Source: Patescibacteria group bacterium (GTDB lineage Bacteria; Patescibacteriota; Patescibacteriia; UBA1558; GWA2-36-10). Taken from it: DNA of 64,000 bases. The notes under the pieces are model-generated. The model saw only the letters and a program-made list of their open reading frames with translations, searched no databases and was not told where the DNA came from. Positions 1 to 11,100 of this stretch are shown here, one piece after another. Each line of letters begins with the position of its first letter. The stretch's first letter is position 1. Both the position numbers and the translations under genes were made by a program. Where the stretch lies: NCBI GenBank assembly GCA_028718865.1, contig JAQUKX010000002.1:8047-72046 (forward strand). Reading direction: 5' to 3'.

Positions 1-1
1 T

Positions 2-838
2 GATCTTGAGCAGTCCAAAAATCTGGAAATATATACTTTGGATAAAGCCTACGAAATCTTAAGCTGGACTGCCGATAACCAAAAAATACTCCTCAAAGAT
101 GAGCTGTCTTATTACATCTTTGACATCAACCAAAGAAATCTTTATCCACTCAGCCTGCCTCTGGCGGAAAAGGTAATTTGGGAAAACAACGACCGGCTGA
201 TTTATCTCAACCAAGGCCAACTGTTAAGGCACGAGGTGAGCGCCAGCCGCAATACCACTACCGATGCCCTGCTAAGCGAATACCTAATAAATGACTTTGA
301 TCTCAAAGAAAACTTTTTGCTCGTCCATCACCGCCTAGAGCAAGATAATCCCATCAAGCTGTTTGATAAAAACTCACTGGAAATAATCCAGGATATCAGC
401 GATGTCAGCTTAGGAAATCTGGAAATACTTCTAGCCAAACCCGATCAGCTGATTTTTAGCGCCGGTGCCAAGCTCTATATCAAAACAAAAAACAAAGACC
501 TGATAACCATACCGATGACTATTGCCCGTTTGCACGGCGACTTCCTGCTGATGTCCAATGGCTACGAAATCATACTCTATAACCACAAAGAAGACTGGCA
601 AGAATTGATTGATCGCTCCAGCCAGATAATCTCCGAATTGATGTGGCATCCCAATGGTAGTTATTTTATCTATGAAAGCAGCGGTCAGACCTATGTCAGC
701 GAGCTAGACAGCCGCGACCGCCGTAATATCATCAAAATCATAGACGATCCCCGCAAAAAAAATTATTTATTCAACCGGCGCGGCGACAAACTTTTTGTCC
801 TTAGTCCAGAAGAAAATTTTTATTTGACTATTCAATAA
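2..838 (+). CDS. C-terminal part of a beta-propeller (TolB/WD40-like) envelope protein; 5' end outside the window
   Basis: Frame is open from base 2. Propeller-like motifs (WTADNQKIL, WHPNGSYFIY, ELDSRDRRN). Confidence 0.6.
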   Translation, partial: DLEQSKNLEIYTLDKAYEILSWTADNQKILLKDELSYYIFDINQRNLYPLSLPLAEKVIWENNDRLIYLNQGQLLRHEVSASRNTTTDALLSEYLINDFDLKENFLLVHHRLEQDNPIKLFDKNSLEIIQDISDVSLGNLEILLAKPDQLIFSAGAKLYIKTKNKDLITIPMTIARLHGDFLLMSNGYEIILYNHKEDWQELIDRSSQIISELMWHPNGSYFIYESSGQTYVSELDSRDRRNIIKIIDDPRKKNYLFNRRGDKLFVLSPEENFYLTIQ

Positions 839-940
839 AAAATAAAGAGAGTGAATTTTAGAAAAACTCTCTTTTTTATTTGTATATAAAATAAAGAGGA
901 GCGAAACATTGTCCGCTCCTCTAAGATCAGACTTCATCCC

Positions 941-1372
941 CTAGCTGAGCTCTTGCTCAGCCCAATAGAACAGGTGAAGCTGACAGTCGAAATCCGGCCC
1001 GGTGTGATGCCAGATTGCTGCCAGCGTCTTGCAGTCGTTATGGCCAAGGCCATTTCTGGTCATGAAATCATCCGCTTGGTCAACAACATGTCTCAGCGCT
1101 TTTTCACTGTGCTGATCGTTGGCAACGATGACGCAGCAGAACCAGCGCTTGCCCGTCACCGACTGACCCCGTCTGGCATCGGCGACAATGACCGCATCCA
1201 TCTTGGCATAGTTGATGGTGCGGAAATAAGGAGCCGTATAAAGACTCCAAGCATCGGCGGAACCGATGCCATTGCTATTGAGACAGCAAAGAATCTGTTC
1301 CGTCAATTTATGAAGCGCTTGATAGATTTTTTTACCATCTCCAGTGAGGCGTTGCTCAACTAGACTCATCAT
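941..1372 (-). CDS. Hypothetical protein (GC-richer orphan gene)
   Basis: 143-aa ORF with SD AAGGAG (1380-1385), TTGACA-17-TATATT promoter (1430-1458) and a downstream hairpin (895-922). Confidence 0.6.
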   Translation of the reverse strand: MMSLVEQRLTGDGKKIYQALHKLTEQILCCLNSNGIGSADAWSLYTAPYFRTINYAKMDAVIVADARRGQSVTGKRWFCCVIVANDQHSEKALRHVVDQADDFMTRNGLGHNDCKTLAAIWHHTGPDFDCQLHLFYWAEQELS

Positions 1373-1677
1373 TGCGAGACTCCTTTTCTTGGGTTGTGGT
1401 TGACGCCTGCTAAAAAAGAACGATTGGCTAATATATAATAAATTTGATTTATTGTCAACGCTGTCTTTATAAAATAAAAGTTATCCGTACTATATAAACT
1501 CGCTTCACTCGTTTTACGGCACAGGCTGATGATATTTAGAGTAATTTATTTAATTTTTTGCTTATTCTTACTTATCCACTCTTCGACTTCACCCCTTCAG
1601 TCTCGAACTCATGGTCGAGAGATCAGGGCAGGCATATTTATTTTAGAGCTTTTATTGTGATCTTTATAGTAAAAAAG

Positions 1678-1686
1678 TTATCCACA
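1678..1686 (+). promoter_or_regulatory. Consensus DnaA box TTATCCACA
   Basis: Exact 9-mer match upstream of lexA. Confidence 0.6.
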
Positions 1687-1697
1687 TCCACATTGCT

Positions 1698-1725
1698 TGA
1701 CTTTCGGTTTTTGTTCGGTTATGAT
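1698..1725 (+). promoter_or_regulatory. lexA promoter with overlapping candidate LexA operator TTCGG-N6-TTCGG (1703-1718)
   Basis: TTGACT-16-TATGAT with a direct repeat TTCGG tttttg TTCGG in the spacer, a typical autoregulatory position. It matches my recollection of the Patescibacteria direct-repeat SOS box (unverified). Confidence 0.7.
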
Positions 1726-1753
1726 AAAAGCATAAGAAAAATAAAATAAATTT

Positions 1754-2353
1754 ATGCCTTATCTTACCAAAAGACAAAAACAAATACTGGACTTTATTAC
1801 CGAGTTTATCCAAAGCAACCAGTACGCCCCCAGCTATCGTGAAATTGCCGAATACTTCGGCCTCTCCTCTACTGCTACTATCCATGAACATGTCAAAGCC
1901 TTGGAGGACAAAGGCCTGCTAAGCTCTTCTCACAATACCGCCCGCTCTTTGGAAATCATCAATTATCGCTTTGGTCAAAGCATAGAACTACCTCTGGCCG
2001 GTATCATCACTGCCGGCGAACCCATTGAAGCTATCCAAGGTAACGAGACCATTTCCGTGCCCAAAGATCTGCTTAAAAATGAAAATAGCTATGTTCTCAA
2101 AGTACGCGGCGAGTCAATGATAGAAGAAGGAATCCTAGACGGAGATTATGTGGTGGTAGAGAGAAGCTTTTATCCTAAAAACGGAGATGTAGTAGTGGCT
2201 CTTCTGGACAATGAATACGCCACCCTAAAAAAATACTTCCGCGAGACCAGCCGGATTCGCCTCCAGCCAGCCAACAAAACGATGAAGCCAATTTATGCCA
2301 AAAACCCGGCTATCCAGGGCATAGTCCGGGCAATACTTAGAACTTTTTCTTAA
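1754..2353 (+). CDS. lexA: SOS repressor LexA
   Basis: N-terminal wHTH (PSYREIA), Ala-Gly cleavage site (ITAGEPI), S24 peptidase VRGESM and ATLKK. Confidence 0.97.
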   Translation: MPYLTKRQKQILDFITEFIQSNQYAPSYREIAEYFGLSSTATIHEHVKALEDKGLLSSSHNTARSLEIINYRFGQSIELPLAGIITAGEPIEAIQGNETISVPKDLLKNENSYVLKVRGESMIEEGILDGDYVVVERSFYPKNGDVVVALLDNEYATLKKYFRETSRIRLQPANKTMKPIYAKNPAIQGIVRAILRTFS

Positions 2354-2357
2354 AAAT

Positions 2358-2498
2358 ATGTTCAAATTCAAAAGAAAAAATAAAATAAAGTACAGAAAGT
2401 TATTGGAGGAATATTTGATTGCCAAATACGCCAGAAAAATCAGCCGAGCAAAGTTTCCTACCATTAGCTACAGCAAAACTCAATTCAAGATGTTTTGA
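2358..2498 (+). CDS. Small basic hypothetical protein (46 aa) downstream of lexA
   Basis: ATG 4 nt after the lexA stop, MFKFKRKNKIKYRKLLEEYL..., followed by a hairpin at 2520-2549. Confidence 0.4.
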   Translation: MFKFKRKNKIKYRKLLEEYLIAKYARKISRAKFPTISYSKTQFKMF

Positions 2499-2752
2499 TC
2501 CATCAACTAAAAGCCTGTGTATCCGGAGGGCTATCCAGTCCTCCGGATAAAATAAAAAATAAATTGATTATTCAAGCCATGTCCGCTTTTAGTGAGCTCT
2601 GTCCGCCTCTGGCGAAAATAATTCAGTTCAAAATAATCAATTAATACCTTGACAAATAGCTAATTTTTAGCTATTATTTAATCCGTTAAATGAAGCTATA
2701 TTTTATAGGCAAGTTTGACGATTTAAAATCATTACCTAAATAACCTTATACT

Positions 2753-3031
2753 ATGGCAACTAAGAAAGCAGGCGGCTCAACTAGTTTGGGACGTGATTCA
2801 ATCAGTAAGCGCTTAGGCGTAAAATTATTTGCTGGGCAAATAGCTCAAGCTGGCGCTATTTTGGTAAGACAAAGAGGTACAAAATTCAAAGCTGGCGTCA
2901 ATGTCAAAAAAGGGTCAGACGATACCTTATTTGCCAAAATTTCCGGTATTGTAAAATTCCGCCGATTGAAAAGAAAAAAATTTGACGGCTCTGTAAAAGA
3001 AACCAATTACATAGACGTTATCCCTCAATAA
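2753..3031 (+). CDS. rpmA: 50S ribosomal protein L27
   Basis: [22 protein letters not shown]; [10 protein letters not shown]; DDTLFA. Confidence 0.98.
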   Translation: MATKKAGGSTSLGRDSISKRLGVKLFAGQIAQAGAILVRQRGTKFKAGVNVKKGSDDTLFAKISGIVKFRRLKRKKFDGSVKETNYIDVIPQ

Positions 3032-3046
3032 TAAATAAATCCAGCC

Positions 3047-3082
3047 CAGCCCGCCACTGCATTTGCAGGGCGAGGCGGGCTG
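3047..3082. repeat. GC-rich palindromic element (CCCGCCAC...GGCGAGGCGGG), may double as a terminator
   Basis: Hairpin between convergent rpmA and ftsX; resembles the insert at 29927-29965. Confidence 0.55.
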
Positions 3083-3119
3083 ATTTTATTTTAAGATTAT
3101 CCGGCCAAAAGCCGATTTT

Positions 3120-4037
3120 TTAAATGCGCAAATATCTTCGGATAGCCACCGAGGTGCTCAAAGTATTTATCAAGGCCAGAGCAATGAATTGATAAAAGAA
3201 AATCTCCAATAAATTACCGATAAAATAATTTCTTAGGTCAATGGCACTGTAATCCTGAAAATAATTATTCAAAACAGGCTGAAGCAAGCTGACAAGAGGA
3301 TAAACCGCCGCTGCCACCAGCAAAACAGCAGCTAAGGCATAAAAAACGCTTTCTAGCACAAAAGGCAGGCGGACAAAAGAATTGCCGGCGCCGACCAGCT
3401 TCATTATCATTATCTCGTCACGGCGAGTATAAATACTGATTCTGATAGTATTGAAAATAACTATCACTGATATAGCTATAAAAATCAAAGCCAAGTATAA
3501 GCTGTAGCGATTGACAAATTCAGCAATGCTATTTATCCGTTCTATGAATTCCTCGTGGCTGTCAAACTCGCTGACCTGCACCAAGCCGCTGTATTTTTCC
3601 TGATTTAGAAACTCCAAAATCTGGGGATACTGGCTCAAATCGTAAGCGCCAATAGCTAAAGAATAAGAAAAAGGATTCTCCTCTTCATCATAAATATCCA
3701 GCGCCCGGCTTATTTGGCTGTCTTGATTTCTCTGTCTGAATATTTCCAAATTTTCCTGAGGAGTAATAACTCTGACTGATTTGACCTCGGTCAGGCGCTC
3801 CAATTCTATCACCAACCCCTCCACCTCGTCACTGCCGGCATTAAATCTCAGCTCTACCAAAATATCAACTTTGTTCTTGACGCTGGCAATAGTGGCTTCT
3901 TTGACATAATCCATGGCCACCAAGATTGTCACTGACAAGACCGCCATTATCATCATAGTGATAGTGACGACAGACAGCCAAAAATTCCTAAACACTCCCT
4001 GCAAGGCGAATTTTATTATTCTAAAAAAACTGATCAT
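3120..4037 (-). CDS. ftsX: Cell division ABC permease FtsX
   Basis: RRDEIMIMKLVGA..FVRLPFVLE motif, 4 TM, downstream of ftsE. Confidence 0.95.
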   Translation of the reverse strand: MISFFRIIKFALQGVFRNFWLSVVTITMMIMAVLSVTILVAMDYVKEATIASVKNKVDILVELRFNAGSDEVEGLVIELERLTEVKSVRVITPQENLEIFRQRNQDSQISRALDIYDEEENPFSYSLAIGAYDLSQYPQILEFLNQEKYSGLVQVSEFDSHEEFIERINSIAEFVNRYSLYLALIFIAISVIVIFNTIRISIYTRRDEIMIMKLVGAGNSFVRLPFVLESVFYALAAVLLVAAAVYPLVSLLQPVLNNYFQDYSAIDLRNYFIGNLLEIFFYQFIALALINTLSTSVAIRRYLRI

Positions 4038-4054
4038 ATTTTTGTTTTATAATT

Positions 4055-4738
4055 TTATAGCAAATATCGGCCTTCTTCCTGATCACTAATGATCTGGCCG
4101 CTGTCTAGAGTAATAACTCGGCTACGCAGGCTATTTACCACGTCTTTATTATGAGTGACCAAAACTACCGTGGTGCCCAAATTATTTATTTTTTTGAGCA
4201 AATCTATAATTTCTCTGGTATTGATGGAGTCCAAATTGCCAGTGGGCTCATCGGCTATCAACAGCTTAGGCTTGTGCACCAAGCTACGGGCAATAGCCAC
4301 TCTTTGCTTTTCTCCGCCGGAAAGTTGATGGCTGTAGCGATCTTCCTTACCTTTTAGGCCGACCAAAGAAATCATCTGCGGGACGGTCTTTTTTATTTCT
4401 TTATTAGAAAAGCCGCAAGTTTCCATGGCAAAAGCCACATTTTCAAAAACAGTCTTTTTAGGCAAGAGCTTAAAATCCTGAAAAATCACCCCCAGCTGGC
4501 GACGTAGAGTGGGAATTTCTCTGTCTTTGATGCCGGTAATATCCCAGCCACCGATAATTATTTGACCGGAGTCAGGCTTTTCCTCGGCTATAATCAGACG
4601 CACCAAAGTAGTTTTGCCCGAGCCGCTCTGACCGACTATAGAAACGAATTCTCCCGGCTTAATATGAGCATTGATATTTTTCAAAGCAGCCACTTTGCCG
4701 CTACTGTAAGATTTTGACAAATCAACTAGCTTAATCAT
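4055..4738 (-). CDS. ftsE: Cell division ATP-binding protein FtsE
   Basis: GQSGSGKTT, FQDFKLL, LSGGEKQRVAIAR, ADEPTGNLD. Confidence 0.95.
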   Translation of the reverse strand: MIKLVDLSKSYSSGKVAALKNINAHIKPGEFVSIVGQSGSGKTTLVRLIIAEEKPDSGQIIIGGWDITGIKDREIPTLRRQLGVIFQDFKLLPKKTVFENVAFAMETCGFSNKEIKKTVPQMISLVGLKGKEDRYSHQLSGGEKQRVAIARSLVHKPKLLIADEPTGNLDSINTREIIDLLKKINNLGTTVVLVTHNKDVVNSLRSRVITLDSGQIISDQEEGRYLL

Positions 4739-4747
4739 AATTTTTTA

Positions 4748-5650
4748 CTAATATATTCTTTGCAATTTAGCTTGATTTAAATAAGCTTCAAAAAAATCCT
4801 CTATGCCTTGGGCAGCGACAAAAAGACCTTTTACCCCCCAAAGCTTTTGCTCGCCCTCTTGCCGAACTGAATCTAAGTGCCAAATAATATAGCCAATGGG
4901 CAGCTGAACTACTTTGCTGAACTCACCGGGCTCCAGTTCTCGGATAGGTTCAAAAAAATCTACCAACTCACTATCTTCAATCCAACTTACTTCCTGGGCA
5001 TAAGGCAAGTCATCAGAATAAGAAAGAGCTACTTCGTCAAAATTCCTGCCTTCAGCCCCTTCCAAAAGAGTATAAGCCTCCTGAATCCTAGCTACTCCCC
5101 TAGTGTCACGATAATTTTCCAAAAGATACTGATGGACTTTCATCTCCAAAATAAAAGAATCAATTACCAGCTTCTTATACTGATCAAAGGAAACGCCGTA
5201 TTCTTTAATATCATTTTTGAGACTTTCCAAACCGCCGGCTGACTCAAAATAATCTTCTATGTCCTTTTGGGTAATGGCAATGTCATTGTCCTTTGATATT
5301 TTTCTTAGCCAGGCGTCTTTGCTGATTTTGTGCCAAAGCAAGTCATCCAGCTCTTGCCCTTTGGGCAGCTCATCAACAAAAATAGTTGGATCAGCCGCCT
5401 GTTTTTCCAATTGCTGACCGACAAACTGATCGATAAAAACCTTATTTTCTATATAATCCTTGATATAGAGATTTAATCTGTCATTTCCATTTTCCATATA
5501 TCCAGCCTTGAGGCGGTATATTTTGGCCAGAACCAAAGCCGCATTATCAGGCAGCTTGCGAGCATAAACCAACTTAACGGAAAGCCATTGGCTCAGAATA
5601 AAAGCCAAAAGTAGCAGCGTCCAAAAAATAATCTTTTTTTTATTTTTCAT
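4748..5650 (-). CDS. SurA/PrsA-like membrane-anchored foldase
   Basis: N-terminal TM, SurA-like helical region, parvulin-like FDEVALSYSDD...LEPGEFSKVVQLPIGYII. Confidence 0.7.
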   Translation of the reverse strand: MKNKKKIIFWTLLLLAFILSQWLSVKLVYARKLPDNAALVLAKIYRLKAGYMENGNDRLNLYIKDYIENKVFIDQFVGQQLEKQAADPTIFVDELPKGQELDDLLWHKISKDAWLRKISKDNDIAITQKDIEDYFESAGGLESLKNDIKEYGVSFDQYKKLVIDSFILEMKVHQYLLENYRDTRGVARIQEAYTLLEGAEGRNFDEVALSYSDDLPYAQEVSWIEDSELVDFFEPIRELEPGEFSKVVQLPIGYIIWHLDSVRQEGEQKLWGVKGLFVAAQGIEDFFEAYLNQAKLQRIY

Positions 5651-5652
5651 TA

Positions 5653-6057
5653 TTAATTAAAAAAATAATCAAACCATTTTGTAAAATTACTCCGCTGAAT
5701 TTCCGGCTCGGATAAGCGGCTGATTTCCTGGCCGCCGGTGAGAAAAACTTGTTTTTCTCCTGCTCGACCCAAATTGAGCTTGAGCCTAGCCTCTCTTTCT
5801 ATATAATCTTCGGTGTTAAGGTAAACAATAAGCTGCTCAATCTTGCGATTTTTATCCTCTAGGTCGCTCAACTTGTTCTCCAAGCTTCTTATTTCCTGAT
5901 TGATTTGATGGCGTAGCATCAACTCACGACTGACTTTGATAAAAGAAAAAATCAGCAAAAAAAACAAAAGAAGCGCCAAGATACTGGAATTCCATATCCG
6001 ACCACGCCAACTTGATGAACGGCCGGAAGGATTTTTTTTTAGATGCTTATGCCTCAT
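5653..6057 (-). CDS. Septum formation initiator (FtsB/DivIC family)
   Basis: TM + coiled coil + DYIEREARLKLNLGRAGEK. Confidence 0.85.
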   Translation of the reverse strand: MRHKHLKKNPSGRSSSWRGRIWNSSILALLLFFLLIFSFIKVSRELMLRHQINQEIRSLENKLSDLEDKNRKIEQLIVYLNTEDYIEREARLKLNLGRAGEKQVFLTGGQEISRLSEPEIQRSNFTKWFDYFFN

Positions 6058-6153
6058 AACCGCGATTTATTATACCACATAAGAAAAATTTTCCCAAATA
6101 TCTTTTGCCTTTCCAGACAAAAAGTATTATAATAAAGAAGTTAAAAAATAAAT

Positions 6154-7077
6154 ATGGCCATCAATAAAATAAAAACAAAAAAAATGGAGTGGCTCCATAT
6201 AGAAAAGCCTACCCAGGAGCAAATAGAAGCCTTAAAAAAAGAGTATGGCTTTCATCCTTTGGATCTGGAAGACTGTCTGATAAAAATCCAGCGGCCGCAA
6301 ATAAGCGAATATCCTAATTATATTTTTTTTATCCTGACTTTTCCTGTTTATAACCGTCAAACTCGAGAAATCCAATCCAGTGAAATTGATTTTTTTGTCA
6401 GCTCCAAATACCTGATAACTATCAGCGACGGACAGCTGTCAACTATCAGCCATTTTTTCAACGAAGTAAAAAATAACGATTACAGCCGAGAAAAATATAT
6501 GCTGAGCAGCCATCCGGTATTTTTACTCTATGAAATCCTCTATCGCTTGCAAAACTATACTATGCCCATGATAGACCATATTGTCCAAGAAATAGACGCT
6601 ATTGGCAAAAAAATATTTAAAGGCCAAGAAAAAAAGCTGGTCGGAGAAATACTGCACACCAAAAGAAATATAGTTGACTTCCGCCGCACTATGCAAGCCC
6701 ACAAAAACATCATCAAAAAACTGATGGCTACCAAAAACAAATTCTTCATGCCGGACAAAACCAATATTTATTTTTCTAATATTTTGGATAAAACCAAAGA
6801 CATCTGGGACAGTCTGGAAAATATCAAAGAAAACATCAACGCTCTACAAGAAACCAATGAATCACTCATTTCTTACAAGCTAAACGAGATAATGAAAACC
6901 CTGACTGTTATCTCTGTTATTATCATACCCGCTACTCTGGTGGCCTCTATTTTTGGCATGAATACCGAATATATGCCTATTATTGGAGAAAGGTATGACT
7001 TTTACTTTATTTTAGCAATTGTTTTTACGGTAATTTTTCTTTTCTTCAGTTATTTTCGGCGAAAAAAATGGCTCTAG
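6154..7077 (+). CDS. corA: CorA-family Mg2+/Co2+ transporter
   Basis: FHPLDLED, NEIMKTLT, GMN motif, 2 C-terminal TM. Confidence 0.95.
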   Translation: MAINKIKTKKMEWLHIEKPTQEQIEALKKEYGFHPLDLEDCLIKIQRPQISEYPNYIFFILTFPVYNRQTREIQSSEIDFFVSSKYLITISDGQLSTISHFFNEVKNNDYSREKYMLSSHPVFLLYEILYRLQNYTMPMIDHIVQEIDAIGKKIFKGQEKKLVGEILHTKRNIVDFRRTMQAHKNIIKKLMATKNKFFMPDKTNIYFSNILDKTKDIWDSLENIKENINALQETNESLISYKLNEIMKTLTVISVIIIPATLVASIFGMNTEYMPIIGERYDFYFILAIVFTVIFLFFSYFRRKKWL

Positions 7078-7111
7078 CTTGAATAAAAATATTGTTTTTG
7101 CTATAAATACC

Positions 7112-7139
7112 AGCCCAGCCCTTCGCGAAGGGCTGGGCT
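7112..7139. repeat. Perfect 28-bp palindrome upstream of dus
   Basis: AGCCCAGCCCTTCG|CGAAGGGCTGGGCT. Confidence 0.7.
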
Positions 7140-7154
7140 AAATAAAATTATAAA

Positions 7155-8138
7155 ATGGAAAACTTTTGGCAAAAATTAAAAAAACCAATAATCACCACCA
7201 CGCCAATGGCAGGAATTACTGACAGTCCTTGGCGACAGATCTGCAAAATATGGGGAGCTGATGTAGTTCATACTGAGTTTGTATCAGTAGATGCTCTTTA
7301 TTATGATAGCGCCAAAAGCCTAAAAATGATTGATTATAAGCCAATTGAACAGCCGGTCGTAGCACAAATTTTTGGTAAACGAGCGGAGCTTTATCCCAAG
7401 GCTGCCAAAATAGTAGAACAACTTGGAATAGCTGGTATTGATATCAATTTTGGCTGTCCAGCCAAAAAAGTAGCTGGTCATGGTGGCGGTATTTGCCTAC
7501 TTAGAGATTTGGATAATGTCAAAAAAATAGTAGAAGCTACTATCAATTCTGTAAAAATTCCTCTATCGGTCAAAACTAGAATAAGCCTAAATACTGTCAA
7601 AGGTCAGCCAGAAAAAGGGCAAATAACTGTTTTGGATTTTATAGAAGCTATAAAGGACTATCCGATTTCCGCTATGATAGTCCATGGCCGTACTTATGAA
7701 ACTCCCTTTAGCGGTCCAGTTGACTTAGAAGCTTTAAAAAGCGCCCGAAATGAATTCAAAAAACACTGGCCTCAAGGAGTTTTTCTAATCAACGGCTCTT
7801 TTCAAACTGTGGAATCAATAATCGAGGATTTAAAATACACTCAAGCAGACGGCATTGCCCTATCACGCTCTCTTTATGGCCAACCTTGGCTTTTTAAGCA
7901 AATAAAAGATTATTTAAAAACCGGCTCCTATCAGGAAATAAGCAAAGAAGAAATTATTGATACTGCCATAAAGCATTCTCAATTACTTTGGGAATGCAAA
8001 GGAGAATCGGGTTTTAAAGAAATGAGAAAACATCTTTTATTTTATGTCAAAGGCCATCCCCAAGCTAGCGAACTAAGAAGGGAATTGGTAGCTGTAGAAA
8101 AACCAAAAGATGTTGAGAAAATAATGGAAAAAATTTAA
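7155..8138 (+). CDS. tRNA-dihydrouridine synthase (DusB-like)
   Basis: PMAGITD, DINFGCPAKKV, VHGRT, MRKHL. Confidence 0.93.
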   Translation: MENFWQKLKKPIITTTPMAGITDSPWRQICKIWGADVVHTEFVSVDALYYDSAKSLKMIDYKPIEQPVVAQIFGKRAELYPKAAKIVEQLGIAGIDINFGCPAKKVAGHGGGICLLRDLDNVKKIVEATINSVKIPLSVKTRISLNTVKGQPEKGQITVLDFIEAIKDYPISAMIVHGRTYETPFSGPVDLEALKSARNEFKKHWPQGVFLINGSFQTVESIIEDLKYTQADGIALSRSLYGQPWLFKQIKDYLKTGSYQEISKEEIIDTAIKHSQLLWECKGESGFKEMRKHLLFYVKGHPQASELRRELVAVEKPKDVEKIMEKI

Positions 8139-11100
8139 CCTTTAATCAGAGATTTTTTTCCTGCAAAAATCTCTTTCATAGCCTTAATTCCTTTTATTTT
8201 TAGATCCCATTTATTATCACCATTGGTGTCTATATAAAAAGACTCGCTGCCTCGGCCAAAAGCTCCGCCAAAAGCATCTACCCGCTTGACTATGGCGTAT
8301 TGGCCATTGACATTGATAGTTACTAGCTCGCTGTCTCGACCAGTGCCAAATCTCTCTGCCATAGTATCAAAATCTTTAGCCGTATGACTGTCAAAAGAAG
8401 CTAGCATTTTATCCATAGTTATTTCCGGCGATTTTATTTCTTCAGTCGTCAATACTCTCTTTAGCTCAAACAGAAAAATATCCCTTTTATTATCACTCAA
8501 ATCATTGTCTTGAAAATAATCTCTGACAAAAGCGCTAGCTTGTTCATTTTCTCCTTTGGCCAAAATACTTCTAAATAACTCGTCCAACTGGCCTTGTTCT
8601 TTGGCCACGGCAAATAAATCGCTACTGTAGCTGCCTTCTCCTTTACTAATTAAAGCTTCTATTTTTTCTAGGCGCGCTTGTCTGGCAATTTCCGCTGCAT
8701 CCGGCGCTTCCGGCGCAGGGGCTTGGCTTATATTTTTTTCCGCCAAAAAATCGGACAATTTTTCGGAGCTCATTTCCTGATGACTGCCATCTGGAGAAAT
8801 TACATCCGGACGACCGTCTCTGTCCCAATCATAAATTTTATAAACCCCCTCTTCGGTTTTTACTTCCAAATACTGATCGCCAGTACTAGTATCTATTTTC
8901 AATTCATGTTCAACTCCTTCTGCAAAAGAAGTCTGTTCAAACATTTTACCAACATTGGTATCTGACAAATGACCAGCTTCAATACCTGAACTAGCTTCAA
9001 ATATTAATTTTGGCTCGCCGTCTACAAGTTCTACTTTAACTGTATCGCCGTCATGAACCAAATCTGCCAGATTACCTCCTTGTTCTTGATTGAGAGCCGC
9101 CACTGCATTGGCCGTTTGATTTTCCGCCCATTTGGCCAAAGCCTCGCTATCTTCCAAGTCCCCTGTGTATCCAAGGCCTTGGGCATTTTCTCTAAAAAGC
9201 GTCCGAGCTGAACGCCAAATTGAATCTGCCCCCCTGACTTGAGAAGAATCTATTTTTTTCTCAAAAGATACTGTCTTAGGTTGTTCAACAACTGAAGAAT
9301 CAGCTGTTTGAGCCTCGCTTGTCTTAATAGCTTCCGCAGTAGCACTGCTCTGGACTTCCTCAGAAGAATCTATTTGCATATCCTCCAATATCTGCGTTTT
9401 TTCAGGTATAACGGGCTTGGTTGATTCTGCTGCGGCTGTTGCCATTTTCAAATCAGGTTTTTGCATATCAGCGCTATCAAGTTTGGCAAAAGATAAATCA
9501 TCCGCTGCTTCTGTTGAAGAACTGGTTGTCGTACCTTCAACTGCATCTTGGGATAGAGTTGCCGCCAAATCCTCTGCTCCGCCTGCCATTCTCTCTCTCA
9601 AATCATCAAGTAGCTTACCAATAGGTAAAGTTTCTCCTTGGAGGGCAAAATAAGCGATGCCAGCCGCTCTAGCCAAAGTACCTATCGCCTCAAGGCGATC
9701 CATGGTTTTATGACGACTTTCTTTGGTTTTGCCTTTACCGGACAAAGCTCTAAAAGTTTCTCTAGTGGAATTAGCTAATAAGTCTCTCAAAATAAACTTG
9801 TTTTTCGATTCTTTAGCCTCATCACCACCTCTTCCAACTGAAGCTTCTTTTTTATAACTAACAGAGGCCTTCTGGCTCCTCTCTATCATTGAGGCCAAAA
9901 GATAAGAACCTCCTCTTAACATGCCAAAACCAGCTTGCATTAAAACCAAATTAGCAGCATCTTTAGCTATCTTTACTCCTTTAATTTTGTTTTGGATATA
10001 AAGATCAAGTTCTTCCTGAACCCTGGCTTTTTTTTCTTCTTCCAAATCAGCAGATTTTTCCTGATATTTCTGATCTAAAGATTCTAAACGATCCAACAAA
10101 ACCTGCTTTTCCTCTGGAGAAATATTTTTTGAGTCTTCAATTACTTGTTTTACTCTATCTTTTTCGCCTTTGACCAAAGACTCTTTGACTATTCTTTTTT
10201 CTTTCTTTATTTCGGTTTTTTGTCTTAGATAATTATAAATATCACCTTTACCAACAAAAACTCCTAAAACAACATCGCCGGCAAATTTATAGCCAGAAAT
10301 AGCACCAATAGTATCATAAATCGCTTTAACCGCTACTCGCCTTTGTTCTGAATTAGAAAAAACTTCTTTAAAGTTTTTTAAATTAAAACCCTTTCTTCTT
10401 TTCTTTTCTGACTTTCCTTCATTCTCTAAGATTTCTTCAGATGTTTCTTTTTCAAATTCCTCATCTTCTTTTTCTTTTATGAGCTCTAACTTCGCATCAA
10501 GTTCCAAAACGCTATCTTCTATTTCTTTTTTCCTTTGCTCAAAATTTAATTCGTCATCAACAAGTATCTGTCCTATTTTATTTTTAAATATTGTTAAAAT
10601 ATTATCCAATTCTCCCCACTTTTCTTTGGGCTCAATCAAGTCCCCTGCTCCGTCATCAACAAAAGGAGTCGCTTCTCTTATTTCTTTTATTTTTTTCTCA
10701 GCCTCAGAAATTATATCAGCAGCCAAAGTTTCCAATTGCCCCTGATTAAAATCCTCTACTTCTTCTGACACAGAATCAGCTGAAATCGGTTGTTCCGAGA
10801 CAATATTCTCTTTGTTGTCAGCTTCCGACGCTTTATCTTCAACCACATCCTCAGGACCGATTTCTATTTCTTCAGGTTTTTCTAAAATATTTTCATCATT
10901 AGTTTCTTTTGTTTTTTCTGCCTCAGCTTGATTAGCAGACTTACTACTCCTATACTCCGCAGACAATTTATCGACTTCGGCCAATGTTTTTTGAAAATGT
11001 TTTTCCATCATATCCACTTTGGCCTGATAATCAAATCCTTCCATGTCATTGACAGCCATATCTTTGCAAAAAAACCAAAATTCTTGGGGCACTCCATTCA

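Noticed and set aside
953-1363. 136-aa plus-strand ORF
   Set aside because: Antisense shadow of 941-1372, which has the SD, promoter and terminator.
1481-1700. Chromosomal oriC
   Set aside because: Only one intact DnaA box, no dnaA/dnaN nearby, and no clear switch in gene orientation.
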